Shown here piece by piece: positions 1-8,100 of a stretch of 26,220 bases of DNA. Below the pieces are notes generated by a model. The model had not been told where the DNA came from. It made no database searches and saw nothing but the letters and a program-made list of their open reading frames with translations. The stretch is from a virus. Taxonomy: Duplodnaviria > Caudoviricetes. Made by a program: the position numbers and the translations under genes. The stretch covers positions 1 through 26,220 of the IMG/VR virus record IMGVR_UViG_3300029930_000017, one strand, 5' to 3'. How positions within the stretch are numbered: position 1 is the first letter of the stretch; each line of letters opens with the position of its first letter.

Positions 1-213
1 GAGCGGTGGAAGACAAACGATGTGTGGGCGTTGATGAAAGAGGGTCGCAAGTCTGCAGTCAAACTGTTCACGAGTGAGATGGAGGCCAATGCTGCAGCAG
101 ACGCTGCCGGCAGTGGGCACTCAGTGGTTCACCGACGTGGTGAGTACAAGCGTTGCGCTAACTACTGCAACGTATCTCATGGGTGCCCGGTCTGGCAAAG
201 CGTCCCGTTCTGA
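1..213 (+). CDS. C-terminal fragment of a probable PD-(D/E)XK / Cas4-like phage exonuclease (5'-truncated by window)
   Basis: Frame is open from base 1 (ERWKTNDVWALMKEGRKSA...) and ends in the Cys cluster RCANYCNVSHGC, typical of phage Cas4-like exonuclease C-termini. Catalytic motifs lie outside the window. Confidence 0.55.
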   Translation, partial: ERWKTNDVWALMKEGRKSAVKLFTSEMEANAAADAAGSGHSVVHRRGEYKRCANYCNVSHGCPVWQSVPF

Positions 214-221
214 GGTGACTG

Positions 222-482
222 ATGCGCTGCCCATCTTGCAACTCGAAGACTTTGATCTTCGATACGAGGATCAGTTACAGCGGCAGCGGTCATCCCATGA
301 CGATTCGCAAACGCCGCTGCATGAACTGCATGATTAGTTTTCAAACGACGGAGGTTGTAAACGATGATGTCCCGCTCAAAGGCGAAGAAGAAGGCGAGAA
401 AGAAGAACTCAGAGAATACTCAAGAGGAAAGCCTATCCCCAGAAACTCAGGTGTCTCGCGTACTTCTGGTCGCGATGGTTGA
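222..482 (+). CDS. NrdR-like N-terminal zinc-ribbon protein
   Basis: MRCPSC...DTR...IRKRRCMNC..FQTTE matches the NrdR Zn-ribbon pattern (CPxC...DSR...RRRRxCxxCxxRFTTxE). No ATP-cone follows. GAGGT RBS at 212-216. Confidence 0.75.
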   Translation: MRCPSCNSKTLIFDTRISYSGSGHPMTIRKRRCMNCMISFQTTEVVNDDVPLKGEEEGEKEELREYSRGKPIPRNSGVSRTSGRDG

Positions 483-570
483 GGCATACAAGATTCTTCA
501 CGCCGGGCTGCTTGCTGCAGGGGAGATCTCTGAGAAAGCAGAAAAAGCTGGCATCAAACAGGCTAGGTAA
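364..570 (+). CDS. hypothetical protein (basic N-terminus, helical C-terminus)
   Basis: GGAGGT RBS at 350-355 before ATG 364. The ORF fills the gap to the next gene and overlaps the Zn-ribbon ORF by 119 nt. Confidence 0.6.
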   Translation: MMSRSKAKKKARKKNSENTQEESLSPETQVSRVLLVAMVEAYKILHAGLLAAGEISEKAEKAGIKQAR

Positions 571-584
571 GAAAGGGGCGAGGC

Positions 585-962
585 ATGTCTGAGTACACGT
601 TGGACAGAAAGGAAGCAGAGATTCGTGCGCTTATGGAAGAGAACAGGAAACTTTCTGAGGCACTTGTTCTTGCGCAGGAGGGCGGATCTCATGTCCAGCA
701 ATCAGGCACTGTCTCGCCCCCCGACATGGTCAACCACCCACCGCACTATCAGATGCCGGGTGGCATAGAGACCATCGACTACATCGAGGCAGTACTCGCG
801 CAGGATTACTTCAAGAAAGTTCCGGGGATTGTTGCTCACTGTGTTGGCAACATCCTGAAGTACGCGAGCCGCCCAACCAAAGGTGAGTTCTCAAAGAGCC
901 TTCGCAAGGCGGCGTGGTACTGCAACAGAGCAGCAGACGCATTGGAGAAGACTGGTGAATGA
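585..962 (+). CDS. DUF3310 domain protein (T7 gp1.7 nucleotide-kinase-like family)
   Basis: Signature DMVNHPPHY..GGIETIDYIE...GNILKY.SR..KG....LRKAAWY. Confidence 0.88.
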   Translation: MSEYTLDRKEAEIRALMEENRKLSEALVLAQEGGSHVQQSGTVSPPDMVNHPPHYQMPGGIETIDYIEAVLAQDYFKKVPGIVAHCVGNILKYASRPTKGEFSKSLRKAAWYCNRAADALEKTGE

Positions 963-1272
963 TCAGGGCATAAGACAGTTGTGGGCTAGTGTGATTAGCC
1001 AAGCAATCTGTGATGTCGATTTGCGGGGGGATAGGGTTGTTCGAGCGCAGGCAGTGCGCTGGCTCAATAGCGATGCTCAGAACGAGGGATCGCTGAGATG
1101 GATATGCGACATGCTTGATCTCGATGCGGACAGGATTCGCATGAGGTGCATGAGCAGGACTGGGAGGAAGAGCCTTACTGGGAAATTGTTTTCCAGACGG
1201 GCATTGGAGAAGCGTCTTGAAAATGAGGAGGAAAGCCGTGACTTATCTTTCGACTTTTACAAGCAAGATTAA
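955..1272 (+). CDS. hypothetical phage protein
   Basis: Probable GTG start at 955 after GGAGAAG, overlapping the upstream stop. LWASVISQAICD...WL....SLRWICDMLDLD is a pattern common in small phage proteins. The ORF-track start at 883 overlaps DUF3310 heavily. Confidence 0.7.
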   Translation: MNDQGIRQLWASVISQAICDVDLRGDRVVRAQAVRWLNSDAQNEGSLRWICDMLDLDADRIRMRCMSRTGRKSLTGKLFSRRALEKRLENEEESRDLSFDFYKQD

Positions 1273-1304
1273 AAAGCTGTGGTGGTATCTCTGGACTGGC
1301 GACG

Positions 1305-1628
1305 ATGACCTTACGCATACCAGAAGGCGTATCGAGGAAGCTGCTCGCCGCTTTGGCGGAAGGGTGCATTGGGATGACTGAGAAGCTTACAGTCGGAATG
1401 AGTCGATGCAGGTGCAGCGGATGCGGGCACTACTTCAACAGTGTCGCCGCATTTGACGAGCATCGCATTGGTAACATTATGGTTGACGGTGTGCGCAAGA
1501 AGATCCCGCGCAGGTGCCTTACCGTTGAAGAGATGGACGCTCGCGGCATGGCCGTCAATTCCAGTGGTTACTGGGTGCGCGAGAAATGGGAAGGCATCCC
1601 ATCGCTGAAGTCTCAGGACGCAGCATGA
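1305..1628 (+). CDS. FDxHR-type phage zinc-binding protein
   Basis: CRCSGCGHYFNSVAAFDEHR...RRCLT motif (CxxC...FDxHR...C). The true start may be ATG 1374. Confidence 0.72.
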   Translation: MTLRIPEGVSRKLLAALAEGCIGMTEKLTVGMSRCRCSGCGHYFNSVAAFDEHRIGNIMVDGVRKKIPRRCLTVEEMDARGMAVNSSGYWVREKWEGIPSLKSQDAA

Positions 1629-1789
1629 GAGAGCGAAAGGGGAATCAGTTTCGAGATCCTGAATTGGAGTGCAGAACAATGCGTCGAACCGCTACTGCTA
1701 TTGGGATATTTATCCTGTCGACACTGTTCTTCTACGTGGTCGGCGTTGTGACAACAGTTGTGATGCTGTTCAACTTCCTGTTCAGATGA
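1625..1789 (+). CDS. small membrane protein
   Basis: ATGA overlaps with both neighbours (1625-1628, 1786-1789). Long hydrophobic C-terminal stretch AIGIFILSTLFFYVVGVVTTVVMLFNFLF. Confidence 0.65.
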   Translation: MRERKGNQFRDPELECRTMRRTATAIGIFILSTLFFYVVGVVTTVVMLFNFLFR

Positions 1790-1950
1790 CCGACGAACTC
1801 AACTTCGGCGCTGTGGCTGAGGCCAAGCGAGATGAGCTACGTCAGGTGATCGAGGCTCAATCTAAAACAATCGAGGAACTGCAGAAGAAAATACAGTTCC
1901 TTGAGACTGTTATCGAGGAGATGGAAATCAGATGGAACAAATGGCAATAG
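1786..1950 (+). CDS. small coiled-coil protein
   Basis: ATGA-coupled start at 1786. MTDELNFGAVAEAKRDELRQVIEAQSKTIEELQKKIQFLETVIEEM shows a heptad pattern. Confidence 0.65.
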   Translation: MTDELNFGAVAEAKRDELRQVIEAQSKTIEELQKKIQFLETVIEEMEIRWNKWQ

Positions 1951-2096
1951 CAATCATGGTGCTAATCATCCTGCCGCCACTTGTCTTTGGCTACATCAAG
2001 ATGAAACGGCATACAGACCGCATGCGACACGAGATGTGGAGGCAAGTCCCTCCCCCCAACTGGCGGTGCCGGAGGGGAGGGCGCGACTACCTCTGA
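1932..2096 (+). CDS. small membrane-anchored protein (54 aa, absent from ORF track)
   Basis: Manual translation gives MEQMAIAIMVLIILPPLVFGYIKMKRHTDRMRHEMWRQVPPPNWRCRRGGRDYL*, an N-terminal TM helix with a basic tail. It ends 10 nt before the convergent stop at 2107. Confidence 0.65.
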   Translation: MEQMAIAIMVLIILPPLVFGYIKMKRHTDRMRHEMWRQVPPPNWRCRRGGRDYL

Positions 2097-2106
2097 TTAC
2101 TTGCGC

Positions 2107-5100
2107 TTATTCTTCAGCTTGACCTTTGGCTTCTTCGGCTTCGATGGCTCGACGTTCGGCGTAGAAGGCGACATTAAACTCAACCTGAACTTGGCGAATT
2201 TGCTCAGCAATTGCTTTACGATCTTCATACTTCTGCTCCCTAGTTAAAGTCTCGTCCTGCTGGATGTCCAAGTCCTGCTGCCGCAGATTCGAGATCGCTC
2301 GCTTCTGCCGATCCGCAAACCGTGAGAGTGCGGCCATTCCAGCAATCGAGTCAGCGTAAGCAATCTTCTCTTCGGACACTTCGGCCTCTGACTCCATGAT
2401 TGCATTGAAGTCACGGGCCGCTTCCTTTGCCTCCTTTGCATTCTCGTAGAACGCACTGGAGTCATAGCGCCCGTCGGGCTGTCTGTGAACAGCCTTCAAT
2501 ACCGGGATCAGGTTCTGCTCAGTGGCCGAAGCTGTTCCGGTGTTGGCCATCGCGTCGAATGTCTTGATGACATCCTTCACGAACGTACCAGCGCCGCCAG
2601 TCAGGAACGATGTGATGTACTCGACGGACTCCGGAGAGACGTCGATCGCCATCTTTCCGCCTGCTCCGCCGCCAGTGGCCTCGTATAGCCAAGCAGTAAC
2701 ATTCTGGAACATGGTGTCGCGAGTGTTGTTCCAGTACCGCTCGCTGTCCGGGGTGACTCCAGTGAAGTCTTCCGGCATCAGCGGCAGGCCAGTCTCCTTC
2801 TCGCCAGTGATGAGAACCATCGCCGGATCGATAAGCGTCGGAGACAGGAAGGTCGCCATGTTGTCCATCGAGCCAAGCGGGGAGAAGTGCAGCGATGCGG
2901 AATCTCGCATAAACGCACCGACCTTGAATGGGTCTGCGCCATTCTTCAGGTCACGAAGCGCATAGCCAAGGTTCACGAAGAAGCCAAAGCCATACGGCAG
3001 CGGGACATTGTAGGTCTCGCCATTCGGCCCGAAGAACACAAGGTTCTTCAGCTTAGTCTGGCGCATTGAGGGCTTATCCCAGTACGGCTCCTCATCGTCA
3101 CCGACAGCTGATGCCGCCATCTCTGCGACGAAGTAGCCAAGGGTAACAAGCCCAGTGCCAACAGCAGCTCCGCGCTTGCTGAACACGGCGCTTAACGTGC
3201 GCTTCGCGCCCTGCACTGCAGGGTTGAAGAACAAGTACATGCCGCTCAGCACCGGAGTCCACTTTCCGCGACGGTTGAAGTTGACCGTGATTTCCTTCGC
3301 GATGTTGGTCGCCTGAATGCGCGACTTGCCGTTCTCCATTGCGACCTTGTATGCGGCAACACGAGCAGCGCCTTCGATGGCACCGTTGATGTCCATCATG
3401 AAGTTTTCTACGCCCTTCAAATACCGCATGGTCAGGCGGTGGTACGTCAGTGGCTTACCTATCGACGCCTGTGCGTTGCGATACATGGACATCAGCTCAC
3501 TGTGGCGGTCTTCGATCTGCCTCAGATCAAGCGCACCAGTCTTGCCGCCATCAGCGCGGTACATGTCGTAGTACTGCTTCAGATCGCCAGTCCAAGCGTT
3601 GTTACGCTCAGCACGCCACACCGTATAAGCAGCCTTCGGCAATGTTGCCAACAGCTTTGCAGAACTCCATAAGCCCTGCTCGATTCCAGTGTTGATCAGC
3701 GACGTCTGCACGTCGCGAGCAGCGTTGATCAGTACGAACGGCGGCGAAAGAACAGTCCACAGCTTCGACAGAGTGCGACCAAAGGTGTTCATGCCACCAA
3801 GGATCGACTTGATCGTGTCTGGGAACTGCGACAGTACGCTCGTCATCTGCAGCTCTTCGAGGATCTCAGGGTCTTTGATGACCATGTGATACACCTCGCC
3901 ACCCACACGGACAGGGAGAGTCTCCGCATCCTTCTGGATGGTCAGGCGATATCGCACTTCCTCGACAGGGTTCTTGTAGAAAGCACGCTGCATGACAGGC
4001 TTGTTCACCTGCCACAGCTCGCTGTCCTTGTTTGCGAGGATGAATTGCAGCCAAGCTTTGCGGACGTTGTTCCGCTCAACAGCTACAACAGCTTCCTCGT
4101 AGTCAGCCAAGATATTCTCGACGATCGCGCCAGCCTTGCTCTTTCTGCCAAGACGGCGCTTCGAGAATGCATTGGCAAGATCGAACCGCCCGTTGCCGGT
4201 GACGCGACCAAGATCATCAGCCTGCTCGAATGTCTTGAGCGGGACGTAGTAGTTGTACGTGGCATTCCAAGCAGCAACATCTGCTGGGCTGACAATGTCT
4301 CCATTGACCAGAGCAGTCTGAGTCATCTTGGTAATGTTCTGGATCTCGTCCGCAATGGACTTGATACGCACGAACTGAGCCATGTCCTGCCGCAAGGTAG
4401 CCATGACCTGATCAGCTTCAGCATTCGTCATGCCTGAGCCGCCATCCTGCATCTGCGGGTTAATCGAGGCTATGCGACGGTTAGCTTCCTTGGCGTGATT
4501 CGCATACAAGTACAGCTCTACATCAGCAAGGTCGACATTGTTCTCAGATGCGCGGTTAAGGATCGGCTCGACTACGTCCTTACGGAATCGGTCGAGGCGG
4601 TTTCCGGCGCGGCCATACATGCGGTGCATTGCCGACTCGATCTCTGTCGACTCAGTCAGCACGCCGCCTTGAGCAGCAACAGCTTTCTGCGCACGAGCAG
4701 TAGCCAGCACTTCGTTCTGCACGCCACGCAGCAATCGCTGCAGTCTGCCGAACTCAGGCAGCCAGTACTTGCGGCCCTGACGGACACGCGAGAACTGGAT
4801 CTCTGGACGCTCAGGCGAGAACGCACCAACATTCCCAACAGCTGACTTCAACTGTGACGGGTCGTACAGGGCGAGATTCTTCGCCCCGGTCTCCTTCACG
4901 TAGTAGCTGTCAAAGCCGGCAAGCTTGATGGCGTCTTGGATCTCGACGTTCTCGATCATCTGCCACTTGCCCTTGGCAATGGCCTGCTCACGAGTCTCGC
5001 GGATGCCGACGTTGTTGCTCTCCCAGATATCCATCACTCGCTTAACGTGATCCGGATTCTCGAAGTCGAACGGATTCTCAGCGCGGACATACAGCGGGTA

Positions 5101-8100
5101 CACAGACCCACCCGGCCCAGCGTACGTGTTAGCAACTCGCTCATCAGGCGACACGAAGATCGCGCCACCCGTGCCACGACGAAACACGCTGATGCCCTGA
5201 TCGATGAACTCCTCAGCGCCGACAACAGGCGGAATCGTGCCGTGGTACATGACCTTGGGTCGGCCACGCCGGTCTACGAGCTTGCTGTCGCCGAACCAAT
5301 TCCAGAAGTTCTGGATGAACTCAGGCGTGCTGGCAATCTGCTTGCCGTCAGCATTGGTCTCGCTTCGGACACGAGAGAATTGAATTGACTTCTTGCCGAT
5401 CGCCTCTTCCTGAGCGGCCACGCCGTCATCGTAGTTCTCGATGACCTTGCCACCAAGCTCAGAAGCATTGGCCGGATCGTAGACCATGAACACAACATCA
5501 GGCTCGCCGTTGTTGTACTTGGCAAACGTGGCCTTGTCCCAGCCTTCAGGGCTGTACTCGTCGTTCCACTTGACGCGAGCAACAACCTTGAAGCCGTTGT
5601 CGGCATACAGCTCAGGGAGAACAGTGTCGAACGCATCAAGCCGCTGTCCGCCCTGATCCACAGCAAGCTGCAGCATGGCGTTGGCAGAGCCTTTCTGTCC
5701 GCTGAACACGGAGACAATGTCATTGCCCTTGAGGGCAAAGCCTGACTTGCCGTCTTCAGAGATGAACAGGCGCATGTTGGCGTAGTCTGCCTCGTCGTAG
5801 ACGTAGACAGCGGCACCAAATTTACCGTCATTTTTGGATTTTTGGATGGCCTGACGGAACAGTGCTGCTCCACCATCCAGTTCGTACATTGTGGGAGCCG
5901 GTTTGCCTACGGCTCCAAGAGCGTTCTTGAAAGTAATGACAGGCTTGTATTCAGCCTTAGCGTCATTCCCTAGAACCCGAATTCGTCGGCCATCTCCTGC
6001 GCTTCGGATCTTGTAAGACCCTTGTGCCGCTGCACTGCTCTGTCGATACCGCTTAATGACTTCGGAGACGAGGAGGCGATCGCGCTCTCTGGCTGTGAGC
6101 TGGCGGCCTGCTCTTTCTCCAGCATCAGGCTGTTCAGCTTCTCTGACAGCTCCAACATCTTCAGCTTCGACAGGCTCGACAGCCACTGGTTGTGCGCGTC
6201 TTGATCCAGATTCGGCTGCTGCGCTGAGTTCTCTTCCACTGTATCCCTCCTTCTCAAGGATTTTACGTATTGCACCGGCATAGTCTTGGCTCGTTACACG
6301 AAGCTTGACGCCAAACGACTTGTACAACTCCTGCTCTGGATACCAGACAAGAGCCTGCATAGAGGCCGGCGGTATACGCTCGCCAACAACATTCTCAACA
6401 ATTGAGACTGTCTGACGAACAATGTCACGTAGATTGCGCCTCTCAGACCCGCTCGAAGGTGCATCCTTCGGCTTGTCGAGGGACTTTAGCATGTTGGCTG
6501 CGTTATTGACTAGCGATGACTTGACGCGAGTCTTGTTGTCGTATGCCGTGCGATTGACTTTGAAGTCACGCTCATGCGCACGAGTGACAAGACGCGCCAA
6601 AGTAACAGCTGCGTCATCGTCTGTTGCCGCGTTCTGCACAAGGTCTGCGCTGAACAGCCGGCTACCGGCCATGTTGCGGGAGTTGATGAAGATCCCGTTG
6701 ACTCCCTCAACAGCAAACGATGCACGGAACTTGTCTCGCTGAGAGGCGAAAAGTTTTGCATCGAATGCGCGAAGCTTGCCAATCAATCGGCCAATGGTTC
6801 GCATGAACCACATGTCGATCGTGACAGGCTCGAAGTTGCCAGAGAGATTCGAGTAGAAGCCGAAGCCAATCTTCGGGCCGAACACAGACGATCCAAGGAT
6901 CTTCTCGTCGGCGAGTTCATCAATGTTGAACCCAATGGCATTCAGCTCAGACGCGACAAAGTCGGTCTCAAGGAATCGTGAGAACCGCTCCTTGCCCATC
7001 TTCTCCATCAGCGAGTTGGCAAGCTGGAAGTTGCTCACCATCGCGCCGCCGTTCTTTCCCTGCCCCTTGAGCGGGAACGTGCCGTTCTTTCTGTACTCGC
7101 CGTACACCTGCATGGCGAACTTGAGGTTGTCCTCGACGTTCAAGCCTTGAGATGTAATGGCAACAGACAGGCGGAATGCGGTCTGCGCTTCCTTGTCGGT
7201 GGCAAGCTCAGGGAATTTGAGTGACGCCATAGCAAGCGTGCGACGGATGGTCTTGTCGTACCACTCCTTCGCTCCGCCACCAGCGCGAACAGCCGCAACA
7301 ACTTCAGCGGCAAGCATCTTCGCAACAGTGCTGCGATCGGCCTCGCTTTCGAGATCGAGCTGACCAAGAGTTCCCTCTCGACGGGCACGCTCAATCTCAA
7401 GAACAGTGTTGGTCAGACCACCAACAGCCGGAGTGTTGAACTGATCCTCGCCAGACTTTCCTGTCTGATACTTGAGGGAAGTGGCTTCTGCCTGCTCAGA
7501 GGTCAGGCCGACATCGTCGACAACCTGCTCAGCAAACTCAGGGTCTACCGCAGGACGCTTGCGCGAGAACTGCGGCAGATCTCTGATGACTTCATCTTCG
7601 GCTACTTCTTCCGGCTGCGGCCTGCCTTCTGCAGCGCGATCGCGACCGCCTGCTTCTGCGCCTTCGACTTGCTCGACGGGCGGCTGCTCCCGATCTTGCC
7701 GGACTTCTCGTACTTGTTCATCAGCTCGCTCACGTTGCGGCTCACGACGCTCTTCGACTTTCCTTTCTTCAACGGCACGGCGCTCTCCTATGTTGGTTGC
7801 CGGGGCTTCATAGGTGCCATCCTCCTGAACAGCACCTGCTGCCTTAACGACAGCATCTCGATAGTTCTTTGCGACATCGATCATCTCTGCGCGGGGCAGG
7901 CCAGTGACGGCCATGAACCGAACAAGACGAGCGTCGGCTGATTCACGGTCAGATTTGCTGAGCGTTTTTGCAGCCTTCTTCAGCTTAGCGCCAAGCTCGA
8001 ATAGATCCTTGTCGAGGTCGGCGGCAAAGGTGACAAAGCGGCGACCCTTCTGGCCAATGTTGACCTGAGCCTGCCGTGAAGGCGGAACCTTCGGGGGGCC

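Noticed and set aside
1-213. Cas4 as evidence of a CRISPR-Cas system
   Set aside because: Only a Cys-rich C-terminus is visible; Cas4-like exonucleases are common stand-alone phage genes, and no array or other cas genes are seen.
2048-2081. Inverted repeat CCCTCCCC...GGGGAGGG near the convergent gene ends
   Set aside because: It lies inside a coding region, has a large loop and no U-tract on either strand, so it is not supportable as a terminator.
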